A stretch of DNA of 64,000 bases from Betaproteobacteria bacterium (GTDB taxonomy: Bacteria; Pseudomonadota; Gammaproteobacteria; Burkholderiales; SG8-41). Shown here in pieces: positions 1-9,494 of this stretch (positions are counted from its first letter, which is position 1; each line of letters opens with the position of its first letter). The translations under genes were made by a program, and so were the position numbers. Where the stretch lies: contig JAHFRL010000010.1 in NCBI GenBank assembly GCA_023266235.1, positions 5,555-69,554 on the forward strand, given 5' to 3'. Below the pieces are notes generated by a model. The model was not told the origin of the DNA, did no database searches, and saw only the letters and a list, made by a program, of their open reading frames with translations.

Positions 1-758
1 GCGGTGAGCCGCGTCTCACTGCTCGAATTGATGGTGAGCAGGCGCTTGCCCGGGCTCACGATGTCGCCCGGTTCGACCGCCCGCACCAGCACCGTGCCCG
101 GCAATGACGCGCGGATGGTGGTTTGCGCGAGTTTCGATTCGGCCAGTTCGCGCGCGGCGCGGGCTTCCTGCTCCCGTAACACGGCTTCACGGGCGGCGAC
201 CCCGCGTGTTTCCTGTGCTCTCGCCTGGGTGCGCGCGGATTCCAGCTGGCTTTTGGCGACGGCGCGCAAGCGCTCCAGATCCTGCAGACGCGCTTCGCTG
301 ATGAAGCCTTTGTCGCGCAAATCGCGATTGCGCCGGTATTCATCTTCGGCAAATCGAACTTGCGCCTCGGCCTGCACGACGGCGTCGTTGGATTGCGGCA
401 GGCTTAACTCGCGCACGGTCGCTATGCGTGCCTGCGCGCTGGCCTCGGCCGTGCGCGCCTGGTCAAGCGCGGACTTGAGTTCGCTCGTTTCAAGCAGGAT
501 CAGCGGTTGGCCGGCCGTCACGATCGCACCTTCTTCGACGAGCACTTTCTCGACTCTGCCGGTGATCACCGAGCCGATCTCGATCCGATTGGGCGCCTGC
601 ACCCGCCCGCTGACCACGATCGAATGCTCGAAGGGGCCTGCTTGCGCGCGCACCACCTCGACGGTTGGCCCCTGCAACTTTTTCAATGCGACAAAACCCG
701 CTGCGCCGATTGCAACGAGGACGAGGACGATGCGAAGGATATTTTTGCGGGGGAGCAT
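1..758 (-). CDS. HlyD-family periplasmic adaptor (membrane-fusion) protein, N-terminal part; the gene runs off the window start
   Basis: My own minus-strand translation from ATG (cat at 756-758) gives MLPRKNILRIVLVLVAIGAAGFVALKK (membrane anchor), then GRVEKVLVEEGAIVTAGQPLILLE, a long Ala/Arg/Glu coiled coil, and PGTVLVRAVEPGDIVSPGKRLLTI. It is absent from the ORF track because there is no stop inside the window. Confidence 0.7.
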   Translation of the reverse strand, partial: MLPRKNILRIVLVLVAIGAAGFVALKKLQGPTVEVVRAQAGPFEHSIVVSGRVQAPNRIEIGSVITGRVEKVLVEEGAIVTAGQPLILLETSELKSALDQARTAEASAQARIATVRELSLPQSNDAVVQAEAQVRFAEDEYRRNRDLRDKGFISEARLQDLERLRAVAKSQLESARTQARAQETRGVAAREAVLREQEARAARELAESKLAQTTIRASLPGTVLVRAVEPGDIVSPGKRLLTINSSSETRLT

Positions 759-794
759 CGCGTGGCGCGCGGGCTATGAATACACAGGCCTATT

Positions 795-1967
795 CTACAG
801 CAGCCTTTGTTTGTTCCCGCTGGTGAAACCCGCCAGCGGCATGTGATGGTGTCTGCCGAACGCGATCACTTTGAACAGTTCGCCCATTTCCGCCGGGCTC
901 GTCAGCTTTTGCGCTTGTGCTGCAAGCGGCAGGTAGGCAGCGACGTTTTCAGCCGGCGTGGCGGCGAGCACGTCGGTGATGCCGCAATTGATCAGAAACT
1001 GCGCCTGGCTCGCATAGCCGAGCAGGTCGAGCCCGGATTGCAGGGCGGCATCCGCGATGGCGCTGAAGTCGACGTGCGCGGTGATGTCCTGCAACCCGAC
1101 CAGGCAGAACGGGTCCTCGTGCGCATGGTGACGGTAATGGCACATCAGCGTGCCCGCACTGCGTTGCGGGTGGTAATATTCGCGCGCCGGAAAGCCGTAA
1201 TCGAGCAGCAGCGCGACACCGTGTGCGAGGGATGCCGCGAGCGTGCGGACAAAAGCGTGCGCCGCAAGATGAATTTCGGTGGTGTAGCCCGGCGCGAGCT
1301 TGAGCCCGTTTGCTGCGGCGAGCACCGCTCCAGTTGCCGGCCGTGTGTCTGATTCGAACACGCCGTCACTTGCGGTCACGCCCAGCTCGGCTATGCCGTC
1401 CCCGCGCGTCTGGATGAGATGCACCGGCATTGCATCGAGCACTTCATTGCCGATCACCAGTGCTGCGAACGAGGCGGGCAGGGTATCGAGCCAGGTGACG
1501 CGCGCAGCGAGACGCGGCAGCTCGCGTTGCAACAGCGCGCGCTGGCGTTCTCCCAGGTCGGCGCTGGTTTCGAGGATCAGGTAGCGCTGCGGCAGGCAGT
1601 CGAGCGTAGCGAGTTCCGCCAGCAGGTCGCGCGCGAGCCTGCCGCTGCCGGCGCCGATTTCAATGATGTCGGCGACCCCCGCGCGCAGCACTTGCGCCGC
1701 CTGGCGCGCGAGCGTGCGTCCGAACAGGGGGCCTAATTCGGGTGCGGTGACGAAATCGCCGGCAGCGCCGAGCTTGCGCGCGCCAGCGCTGTAGTAACCG
1801 AGGCCGGGCGCGTGCAGCGCCAATTCCATGAAGCGCGCGAAGCTGATCCAGCCGCCCGCGGCTGCGATTTCGTCTGCAATGAGTTTGCCGAGCCGCCGGC
1901 AGTGTGCGACAGCGTCTGCGGAAGGTGCGGGCAGATGCGACAAATGAGCGGGTAACAAGCTGCCCAT
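795..1967 (-). CDS. Class I SAM-dependent methyltransferase, MidA/NDUFAF7-like (COG1565)
   Basis: Contains IIEIGAGSGRLARDLLAEL (SAM motif I) and family-typical length. Start moved to ATG at 1967 (MGSLLPAHL). The upstream 56 codons of the track ORF are Arg/Ser-rich and cross the divergent promoter region. Confidence 0.75.
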   Translation of the reverse strand: MGSLLPAHLSHLPAPSADAVAHCRRLGKLIADEIAAAGGWISFARFMELALHAPGLGYYSAGARKLGAAGDFVTAPELGPLFGRTLARQAAQVLRAGVADIIEIGAGSGRLARDLLAELATLDCLPQRYLILETSADLGERQRALLQRELPRLAARVTWLDTLPASFAALVIGNEVLDAMPVHLIQTRGDGIAELGVTASDGVFESDTRPATGAVLAAANGLKLAPGYTTEIHLAAHAFVRTLAASLAHGVALLLDYGFPAREYYHPQRSAGTLMCHYRHHAHEDPFCLVGLQDITAHVDFSAIADAALQSGLDLLGYASQAQFLINCGITDVLAATPAENVAAYLPLAAQAQKLTSPAEMGELFKVIAFGRHHHMPLAGFTSGNKQRLL

Positions 1968-2014
1968 GATGAGTGAATAAGTTAGAATTGACAATACGTT
2001 ACGAGATACGGGCG

Positions 2015-2767
2015 ATGAGCGAAAATCTGACCGGCAAAACCGCCCTGGTGACCGGCGGCGCGAAGCGCGTGGGCGCGGCGATTTGCCGCCGTCTGCATGC
2101 GCAGGGCGCGAACGTGATGCTGCATCATCGCGCATCGGTAGCCGAGGCGCGCGCGCTGCAGCGCGAGCTCAACGCACGGCGCGCCGATTCGGTCGCGCTG
2201 ATCCAGGCCGACCTGCTCAATATCGCGAGCCTGCCGGACATGGTGAAAACCACGCTCAATCAATTCGGCAGCCTCGACATTCTGATCAACAACGCGTCGA
2301 GTTTCTTTGCCACCGCGCTTGGCGACATCAATGAGAAAGTATGGGACGATTTGATCGGCACCAATCTCAAGGCGCCGCTGTTCCTGTCGCAGGCGGCGGC
2401 GGGCGAGCTGCGCAAGCGCCACGGCTGCATCGTCAACATCGTCGACATCCACGCCGAGTTTCCGATGAAGAACTACGTCGTCTACACCGTTGCCAAAGGA
2501 GGACTCCTGGCGCTGACGCGCTCGCTCGCGCGCGAGCTCGGTCCCGAGGTACGTGTCAACGCAGTGGCGCCGGGCACCATCCTGTGGCCGGAGGACGACA
2601 CCTGGGGCGATGAGCTGTCGCGCCAGCGCATCGTCAGCCAGACTGCGCTGAAGCGTATCGGCGATCCGGACGATATCGCGAAAGCGGTGGATTTTCTGGT
2701 GACATCGGCGCCGTACGTGACGGGGCAGGTGATCGCGGTCGACGGCGGCAGGAGCATCACGCTATGA
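2015..2767 (+). CDS. Short-chain dehydrogenase/reductase, pteridine-reductase-like
   Basis: Contains [17 protein letters not shown] (TGxxxGxG), NNAS and YTVAKGG (YxxxK). Start taken at ATG 2015 (MSENLTG). Confidence 0.8.
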   Translation: MSENLTGKTALVTGGAKRVGAAICRRLHAQGANVMLHHRASVAEARALQRELNARRADSVALIQADLLNIASLPDMVKTTLNQFGSLDILINNASSFFATALGDINEKVWDDLIGTNLKAPLFLSQAAAGELRKRHGCIVNIVDIHAEFPMKNYVVYTVAKGGLLALTRSLARELGPEVRVNAVAPGTILWPEDDTWGDELSRQRIVSQTALKRIGDPDDIAKAVDFLVTSAPYVTGQVIAVDGGRSITL

Positions 2768-3639
2768 ACGCTCCCGATCTCAAGCCGAAACAGCTCTATG
2801 CGGCGAACAAGCTCGCCAAGCGGTTGCGCCGCCAGGTCGGCGCGGCGATCGCCGACTACGACATGATCCGCGCCGGCGACCGCGTGATGGTGTGCGTTTC
2901 CGGTGGCAAGGACAGCTACGGGCTGCTCGATGTCCTGCTGCGGCTCCGCGCCAAGGCGCCGGTTGCATTCGAGATCGTCGCCGTCAATCTCGACCAGCGC
3001 CATCCCGGCTATCCCGAGCACGTGCTGCCCGGGTATCTGGCGTCGCTCGGCGTCCCGTACCGCATCGAAGTGCAGGACACCTACGCGGTGGTCAAGCGCG
3101 TGATCCCCGAAGGCAGGACCATGTGTTCACTGTGCTCGCGGCTGCGGCGCGGGGTGCTGTACCGGGTGGCGAAGGAAATCGGCGCGACCAAGATCGCGCT
3201 CGGCCACCACCGTGGCGACATCCTGGAGACGTTTTTCCTGAACCTCTTTTTCGGCGGCAAACTGAAAGCGATGCCGGCAAAGCTCGTCTCCGACGACGGC
3301 GCGCACATCGTGATCCGGCCGCTCGCCTATGTCGAAGAAGACGATCTCGCGGCCTATGCCGAAGCGCGGCAGTTTCCGATCATCCCGTGCGATTTGTGCG
3401 GCTCGCAGCCGACGTTGCAAAGAAAGCAGATCAAGCAGCTGTTGCACGAGTGGGAAAAACGCCACCCGGGGCGGGTGGAGACCATCTTCCGCAGCCTGCA
3501 AAACGTGCGTTCTTCGCACCTGCTCGACCGCGAATTATTCGACTTCGCGAGGTTAGCGGCGATCGGTACCCCGTTCCAAGATGGCGATAAAGCGTTTGAT
3601 TCAGAAGAAGAATTCTCAACTTTCTCGGAGCAAAAGTAG
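2764..3639 (+). CDS. ttcA: tRNA 2-thiocytidine(32) synthetase TtcA
   Basis: PP-loop [19 protein letters not shown] and CDLCGSQ cysteine motifs. There is a 4-bp ATGA overlap with the upstream SDR gene. Confidence 0.85.
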   Translation: MNAPDLKPKQLYAANKLAKRLRRQVGAAIADYDMIRAGDRVMVCVSGGKDSYGLLDVLLRLRAKAPVAFEIVAVNLDQRHPGYPEHVLPGYLASLGVPYRIEVQDTYAVVKRVIPEGRTMCSLCSRLRRGVLYRVAKEIGATKIALGHHRGDILETFFLNLFFGGKLKAMPAKLVSDDGAHIVIRPLAYVEEDDLAAYAEARQFPIIPCDLCGSQPTLQRKQIKQLLHEWEKRHPGRVETIFRSLQNVRSSHLLDRELFDFARLAAIGTPFQDGDKAFDSEEEFSTFSEQK

Positions 3640-3730
3640 GCGCTTACTTAGATTGAATCCAGTCCAAGAAAATGAATATCAGATTGTCAAAATAATTTTG
3701 TCATGGTAAGTTCTCGTCCAGAGAACAACC

Positions 3731-3997
3731 ATGAATTGCGCTGATCGTCTCGTCGCCATTTTCGGTTCCCAAGCCGAAGTCGCGCGCCAATTCCGCCTTG
3801 ACCGCGCCGTCGTCAACAACTGGGTGAAATCCGGTTATGTGCCGGCACGCTGGGCGATGGAAGTCGAAAACGCCAGCCACGGCCAGGTCACCGCCGCCGA
3901 AGTCCTCAACGAAGCCACCGCCAGAAAGCCGCTCCGGATGAAGTCGCGCCCGGACGGGGAGAGCCTGTTCGGATCGTTAACCAAAGGAAACGACACC
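3731..3997 (+). CDS. Cro/YdaS-like helix-turn-helix reading frame, continuous in frame with the downstream aminotransferase (no stop codon)
   Basis: FGSQAEVARQFRLDRAVVNNWVKSGYVPARWAMEVENASHGQVTAAEVL resembles YdaS/Cro-type HTH proteins. Third codon positions are GC-rich like real genes. A TTGTCA-N17-TAAGTT promoter-like pair lies in the AT-rich 3640-3730 spacer. Confidence 0.4.
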
Positions 3998-5248
3998 ATG
4001 AATCCATTTGTGCCAGCCAAACGCATCAGCTCGTTTCATCCGCCACAGCGCACGCTGATGGGTCCCGGCCCGACCGAGATCCACCCGCGCGTGCTGACCA
4101 CCATGAGCCAGCCCGCGATCGGCTACCTCGACCCGATTTTCGTCGACATGATGGAGGAGCTGAAGACGCTGCTGCGCTACGTTTACCAGACCAGGAACCC
4201 GCTCACGTTCCCGGTCTCGGGCCCGGGCTCGGTCGGCATGGAGTTCTGCTTCGTCAACCTGGTGCGGCCCGGCGACAAGGTGATCGTGTGCCGCAACGGC
4301 GTGTTCGGCGGCCGCATGATCGAGAACGTCGAGCGCTGCGGCGGCGCCGCGATTATCGTCGAGGACGAGTGGGGCTCGCCGGTCGATCCCCAGAAGGTCG
4401 AGGACGCGTTCCGCAGGAATCCCGGCGTGCGCATTCTGGCGTTCGTGCACGCCGAGACCTCGACCGGCTGCCAGTCGGACGCCAAGGCGCTCGTCGAGAT
4501 CGCGCACAGGCACAACGCGCTCACCATCGTCGATGCGGTGACTTCGCTCGGCGGCACCCCGGTGCTGGTCGACGAGTGGGGCATCGACGCCGTTTACTCG
4601 GCGAGCCAGAAATGCCTGTCGTGCACGCCGGGGCTGTCGCCGGTATCGTTCTCGGAGCGCATCGTCGCCGACGTCAAGTCGCGCAAGGACAAGATCCACA
4701 GCTGGTTCATGGACATGAACCTGCTGCTCGGCTACTGGGGTTCGACCACGCGCACCTACCATCACACCGCGCCCACCAATGCGCTGTTCGCGCTGCACGA
4801 GGCGTTGCTGCTGATCCGCGAGGAAGGGCTCGAGAACTGCTGGGCGCGCCATCACCGTCATCACCTCGCGCTCAAGGCGGGGCTCGAGGCGATGGGCCTC
4901 AAGTTCCTGGTCAAGGAGCAGTACCAGATACCGCAGATGAACGCCGTGCGCTGCCCCGAGGGCGTGGACGAGGCCGCGGTGAGAAAGACGCTGCTCAACG
5001 AGTTCGGCCTCGAGATCGGCGCGGGTCTCGGGCCGCTGGCGGGCAAGATCTGGCGCTTCGGTCTCATGGGTTACTCGTGCCGGCCCGACAACGTGATGCT
5101 GTGCCTGTCGGCGCTGGGCTCGGTGCTCGAGGACATGGGCTACAAGGTTCACGTCGGCGACGCGGAAGCGGCCGCGCATGGCGCTTATGCAGCGATGCAC
5201 GCCAAGGCCGCGCAGGCGAAGAAGAGGGGCGTGGCGAAAGCCGCATGA
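3998..5248 (+). CDS. Class V aminotransferase (serine-pyruvate / alanine-glyoxylate aminotransferase family)
   Basis: Contains LMGPGPTEIHPRVL, YSASQKCLS (PLP lysine) and family-typical length. AAAGGAAAC lies 5 nt upstream of ATG 3998. The track ORF (3731-5248) is the same frame with an N-terminal extension. Confidence 0.85.
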   Translation: MNPFVPAKRISSFHPPQRTLMGPGPTEIHPRVLTTMSQPAIGYLDPIFVDMMEELKTLLRYVYQTRNPLTFPVSGPGSVGMEFCFVNLVRPGDKVIVCRNGVFGGRMIENVERCGGAAIIVEDEWGSPVDPQKVEDAFRRNPGVRILAFVHAETSTGCQSDAKALVEIAHRHNALTIVDAVTSLGGTPVLVDEWGIDAVYSASQKCLSCTPGLSPVSFSERIVADVKSRKDKIHSWFMDMNLLLGYWGSTTRTYHHTAPTNALFALHEALLLIREEGLENCWARHHRHHLALKAGLEAMGLKFLVKEQYQIPQMNAVRCPEGVDEAAVRKTLLNEFGLEIGAGLGPLAGKIWRFGLMGYSCRPDNVMLCLSALGSVLEDMGYKVHVGDAEAAAHGAYAAMHAKAAQAKKRGVAKAA

Positions 5249-5315
5249 CCACAGTATTGCCGTGACACCTGGCGCAGCGGGCGGCGGCGGCTGCGGCAAG
5301 CTATAATCTCCTGCT

Positions 5316-6206
5316 GTGGCCGCCGAACTCCTCAATTTCGCCATCCTGTTTGCCGACGTCAGCGGCAGCACCAGCTTGTATGAAAAGCTTGGCGATCAAC
5401 GCGCGCTCGCCGCGATCGAAGCGGTGCTGGCCGAACTGCGCAAGTCGATCGCGATCCAGCGCGGCCGCGTCATCAAGACCATCGGCGACGAGGTGATGGC
5501 GGTACTGCCGTCCGCCGATGCCGCCATGCAGGCGGCGTGCGACATGCAGAACCGCGTCGCGGCCATTCCTCCGGCAGACAACGTGCGGCTCGCGATCAGA
5601 GTCGGGTTTCATTTCGGGCCGGCAATCGAGGAGGGCGGCGATTTCTTCGGCGACGCGGTAAATACCGCGGCGCGCATGGCCGGGCTCGCCAAAGGCGGGC
5701 AGATCATCACCAGCGGCGCGACGGTCGACGCGCTGTCGCAGCTGCTGCGCGAGGCCACGCGTGACCTCGACGCGATGACGGTCAAGGGCAAGCAGGACGA
5801 GATCCGGATCTTCGAGGTGGTCTGGTGTGATAGCGAAGACCTGACCACGCTTGCTGGGCGCGAGACGCCGGTCAGCACGCATGCGCCGACGCTGACCCTG
5901 ATCCATCGCGAACACACTCTCACGCTCGGCGCAGCCCGGCCATCGGCGTCGCTCGGGCGCGAAGCCACGAACGACCTGGTGGTCGCGGACAAGATGGCGT
6001 CCCGCGTGCATTGCAAGATCGAGTACCGCCGCGGCAAGTTCCTCCTGGTCGACCAAAGCTCGAACGGCACCTACATGACGGTCGAGGGTGACGCCGAGAT
6101 CATGCTGAAGCGCGAGCAGTTGCTGTTGCGCGGGCGTGGCGTGCTCAGTCTCGGCCATTCGTCCGCTGCACCGGGTGCCGAGATCGTGACTTTCGCGTGC
6201 AATTAG
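5316..6206 (+). CDS. Class III adenylate/guanylate cyclase with C-terminal FHA domain
   Basis: Cyclase motifs FADVSGSTSLYE, IKTIGDEVMAV and GDAVNTAARMAG. The FHA-like C-terminus reads LGREATNDLVVADKMASRVHCKIEYRRGKFLLVDQSSNGTYM. GTG start. Confidence 0.85.
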   Translation: MAAELLNFAILFADVSGSTSLYEKLGDQRALAAIEAVLAELRKSIAIQRGRVIKTIGDEVMAVLPSADAAMQAACDMQNRVAAIPPADNVRLAIRVGFHFGPAIEEGGDFFGDAVNTAARMAGLAKGGQIITSGATVDALSQLLREATRDLDAMTVKGKQDEIRIFEVVWCDSEDLTTLAGRETPVSTHAPTLTLIHREHTLTLGAARPSASLGREATNDLVVADKMASRVHCKIEYRRGKFLLVDQSSNGTYMTVEGDAEIMLKREQLLLRGRGVLSLGHSSAAPGAEIVTFACN

Positions 6207-6210
6207 CGCA

Positions 6211-8595
6211 CTAGATCGTCAGCTTCCTGATCGCGTTGGGATCCTTGAGCACGGACCGTTGCCGCGCCGGCGGCGCCGCATACAGCGACGCGGGCGGATT
6301 GGTGTCGAACCGCGTCAGTACTGCTTTGTCGCTGCAGGTTTTGTCGAACGTGACCGCGACCTGCTCGCCGCTCGTAGCACCAAGATTGAAGCACGCCTGT
6401 CCGAGCTTGGCGTTGAGCGGTTTGAGGAGCGCACTCGCGACGAGGTCGGTGAGCGGTCCCGTGCCGCCGGACAGCTGCAGGTCATAGACGACAGGTGCAC
6501 CGCCCGCGCGCCGCGTGACGCTGATCACCGGCTGCAGCCCGATCAGCTCGCGCGCAATCGCATCTTCCACAGCTTTGTCCGGCAGTCCGTCGATCCTGAG
6601 CGCGAGCTTCTGCCCGCTCGCATTGAAATGCCGTACGAAAAAGTCGCGCGAGAACTCATCGGCGATCTTGCCGCCGATCGCAGCCAGCGCCTGCTCTTCC
6701 GTCGCCCATGATCCCGCGGCCACCGGCAGCTTGTTGTTGTAGTAGATTTCCTCGCCGCTCTGCCTGTCGACGCACTTCACGGTCCACGAAGTCAGCAGGT
6801 ATTTCTCGACCGTGATGCCGGAAGCCGCGAGCTTGGCCGACAGTTTCTTGAGCTTCGCTTCGCCGATCACCGCGAAGTCGGCGCCTTTGCCCTGCGCGGC
6901 GGGTGTCTTCGGATCGTCGGACCAGGTGCGGAAGCCGAACGACTTGATGCGCTCCTTGAGCAGGTTCTCCGCGACCTGCGAATTCTGCACCGTCGCGTCT
7001 GCGCCGTCGCCGCGCGCGCTAACAGACACCGAGATTTTCGGGTCGCCGTTGTTGCGGATGAAATCGATGCGCTCTTCGCGCGACATCTGATTGAGCGATT
7101 TCTGCACTTCGCGCACCTTGACCGCGGCCTGTGTGGTCACGTACATAAGCCCGTCCTTGCCGAGCTGCGGCTCGCCTTCCTGCACGATGCTCGCGATGTA
7201 GCTGCCGCTTTTCGACAGCAGCTTGTCGCGCAATAGATCGTAGTTCTTGGCGAGCGACGCACGGTCCAGATAGAGCGCGATGGCCTTTTCGACCAACTGG
7301 CTTTTCGAGTCCGAGCGCAGGTCGGCCGTCAGCAGTGATTTGTCGGACTGGTATTTCTGGTCGCTGGGATCGGCGAGCCCGACCGCGCTGATGATCATGG
7401 TGCCCGGGTCGGTTGGTATCGCCGCCGCCGGTGTCGGCGCAGGTGCGGTTGCCGCCGCCGGGGCGGGCGTGCCGGATGCGGCAACGGGCGCACTGCCTGA
7501 TTGCAAGCGGGGCAGCACAAAATAGCTCGCAACGCCGATGCCGATGACGCCCATCACGACTGCCGCGATGATGACCAGCGCCGGCGATTTACGCCCGGGC
7601 GCGGAAGGCACGTCGGGAGTCTGTGTTGCCGCGGCGCCGGCGGCCTGTGCCGGCATTTTGAGCGTCGCGGTGCGGTCGGCCGCAGCCTTGAAGGTCGCCT
7701 CGGCGCCGGCATTGACGACCGTGCTGTCGGCGCCGGCAGCCACGATAGCGTCCAGTCCCGGCACGGCCTTGCCCTCGCCCGCCATGCGGATTGCGTCCGC
7801 AAACTCGCGCGCGGTCTGAAAGCGGTCTTCCGGCCGCTTTGCCATTGCTTTGGCGATGATGGCATCGAAAGGTTTCGGTGCCTGCACGTTCAGCATCGAC
7901 GGCGACGGCGGGTCCACGCTCAACACCTTGTGCATGATGGTGGTCGCCGTGCCGGAGAACGGGCGCTCGCCGGTCAGGAACTGATAGAGCACCACGCCGG
8001 CCGAAAAAATGTCGGAACGGCGGTCGACGGTCTGACCCATGAATTGCTCGGGCGACATGTAGGCCGGGGTGCCGAGCACGGTCCCGGCCTGCGTGTATTG
8101 CGACGATTCGATGCGCGCGATGCCGAAGTCCGCGACTTTGACCTGTCCGTTGGGCTGGATGATGATGATGTTGGCGGGCTTGATGTCGCGATGGACGACG
8201 CCGAAATTGTGCGAGTATTCGAGCGCGTCGAGGAGCTGTCCCATCACACGCACGATTTCGGCCATCGGGAAGCGCTCGTTTTTCTCGAAATAGCTCTTCA
8301 GTTCGCGTCCGTGCACGAACTCCATGGCGATGAACATGGTGTTGTTGTCATCGCCGAAATCATAGATGGAAACGATGTTCGGATGATTGAGGCGTCCCGC
8401 GGCCTTGGCTTCGCGCTGGAAACGCGCAATCACGTCTGCCGCCTCGGCGCCCTCGAGCTGGTCGCGGCGGATGGTCTTCAGCGCGACCGTGCGCTCGATG
8501 GTCGGATCGAAGGCCTCGTAGACGACGCCCATCGCGCCGCGCCCGAGTTCGCGCAGGATTTCGTACTTGCCGAGCTTGAGTGGGGCTTCGCTCAC
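6211..8595 (-). CDS. Hanks-type Ser/Thr protein kinase with one TM helix and a ~430-aa periplasmic domain
   Basis: Contains GRGAMGVVYEA, VALKTI, HRDIKPANII, VADFGIA and GTPAYMSPE. The TM segment is ALVIIAAVVMGVIGIGVASYFVL. A long C-terminal extracytoplasmic region follows. GTG start. Confidence 0.9.
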   Translation of the reverse strand: MSEAPLKLGKYEILRELGRGAMGVVYEAFDPTIERTVALKTIRRDQLEGAEAADVIARFQREAKAAGRLNHPNIVSIYDFGDDNNTMFIAMEFVHGRELKSYFEKNERFPMAEIVRVMGQLLDALEYSHNFGVVHRDIKPANIIIIQPNGQVKVADFGIARIESSQYTQAGTVLGTPAYMSPEQFMGQTVDRRSDIFSAGVVLYQFLTGERPFSGTATTIMHKVLSVDPPSPSMLNVQAPKPFDAIIAKAMAKRPEDRFQTAREFADAIRMAGEGKAVPGLDAIVAAGADSTVVNAGAEATFKAAADRTATLKMPAQAAGAAATQTPDVPSAPGRKSPALVIIAAVVMGVIGIGVASYFVLPRLQSGSAPVAASGTPAPAAATAPAPTPAAAIPTDPGTMIISAVGLADPSDQKYQSDKSLLTADLRSDSKSQLVEKAIALYLDRASLAKNYDLLRDKLLSKSGSYIASIVQEGEPQLGKDGLMYVTTQAAVKVREVQKSLNQMSREERIDFIRNNGDPKISVSVSARGDGADATVQNSQVAENLLKERIKSFGFRTWSDDPKTPAAQGKGADFAVIGEAKLKKLSAKLAASGITVEKYLLTSWTVKCVDRQSGEEIYYNNKLPVAAGSWATEEQALAAIGGKIADEFSRDFFVRHFNASGQKLALRIDGLPDKAVEDAIARELIGLQPVISVTRRAGGAPVVYDLQLSGGTGPLTDLVASALLKPLNAKLGQACFNLGATSGEQVAVTFDKTCSDKAVLTRFDTNPPASLYAAPPARQRSVLKDPNAIRKLTI

Positions 8596-8629
8596 GATGC
8601 GATGTCCTCTGACGTCGGGAGACCGGTTA

Positions 8630-9445
8630 TTATTTGTACTTGCTGTCGATTTCCCACACCGTTTTCTGGATCAGGCGCTGCACCATGGTGTCGAGCGACA
8701 CGCCGCCCTGCTCGGCGGACGAGACGCCGAGCACGGAGGTCGAGGTGGTGCCGACTTCCATTTTTTCCTCGGTGTAGCCCTGCGCGACCTGCTCGGTGGT
8801 TTCCGCGTTCATGATCTTGTAGCGCATGCCGATGATCCACACCCCGCTGGTGTCCTGGGTCTTGACCGACCCGACCGCCGTGCCGCCGGCCGAGGCGCCC
8901 CGCGACCCGCCCAAAATACCGATTATGTTGCCGACCGAACGGCCGTCAAAACCCTTTTGCGCGGCGGCGACCTGCTCGGTCTTCAGGATGTCGAACTTGA
9001 CCACCCACTTGGTGGTTTTGAGCTTGCCGCGGCCGAGCATCTTGCGCGCTTCGTCCGGGTCGCCGAGGTTGTAGGCGAGCGTGAATTCGTTGAGCAGCGG
9101 ACCGAGATTGGTGCGTTCGAGCACCGGGAAGTTGGCCTTGGACAGCTCGATTTCGGCGAAGTCGGCGATATTGTTGGGGCCGAACTTCTGGGTAAAGGTG
9201 GCGTTGTTGCTCTTGATTTCGCCGGGGATCACGATGAGCGGGGGCCCGGCTTTACCGGCATTGGAGTACTCGATCGGCTTATACACCGCCCGGTCGGCCG
9301 CTTCGTTGGTTTTTTGCGAAGTCGAGGTGGCGGGCGCGGAGCTGCTCTCGGAACCCCAGCGCGGCTGCGCCTGGCTGGCGCCGGACAGCGCGAGCAGCGC
9401 GCCCGCCGCGAGACACATCATGGTTTTCACAAAGTCGATTTTCAT
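8630..9445 (-). CDS. CsgG/HfaB-like periplasmic protein (secreted)
   Basis: Signal peptide MMCLAAGALLALSGASQAQ. The block pattern IADFAEIELSKANFPVLERTNLGPLLNE ... KWVVKFDILKTE ... GVWIIGMRYKIMNAETTEQV parallels E. coli CsgG as I recall it. AGGAGA lies upstream of the ATG. Confidence 0.65.
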   Translation of the reverse strand: MKIDFVKTMMCLAAGALLALSGASQAQPRWGSESSSAPATSTSQKTNEAADRAVYKPIEYSNAGKAGPPLIVIPGEIKSNNATFTQKFGPNNIADFAEIELSKANFPVLERTNLGPLLNEFTLAYNLGDPDEARKMLGRGKLKTTKWVVKFDILKTEQVAAAQKGFDGRSVGNIIGILGGSRGASAGGTAVGSVKTQDTSGVWIIGMRYKIMNAETTEQVAQGYTEEKMEVGTTSTSVLGVSSAEQGGVSLDTMVQRLIQKTVWEIDSKYK

Positions 9446-9494
9446 GTTCGGTTCTCCTGAAAAACGGGTGTTTTACCCGGTTGCGATCATGCCG

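Noticed and set aside
4-846. 280-aa plus-strand ORF at the window start
   Set aside because: It is Ala/Ser/Arg-rich low-complexity translation lying exactly antisense to a convincing HlyD-family adaptor frame (1-758, minus strand). It is a typical high-GC shadow ORF.
5302-5307. Perfect TATAAT 8 nt upstream of the GTG start of the FHA-cyclase (possible leaderless transcript)
   Set aside because: No acceptable -35 or extended -10 element sits at the right spacing (the -35 position reads GGGCGG). Leaderless translation from GTG is unusual. A single hexamer is too little evidence to call.
3977-5371. 464-aa minus-strand ORF
   Set aside because: It is antisense to the class V aminotransferase, is Arg/Ala/Leu-rich and has no recognisable motifs. 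It is a shadow ORF.
7501-8814. 437-aa plus-strand ORF
   Set aside because: It is antisense to the Ser/Thr kinase catalytic domain, which has unmistakable Hanks motifs. It is a shadow ORF.
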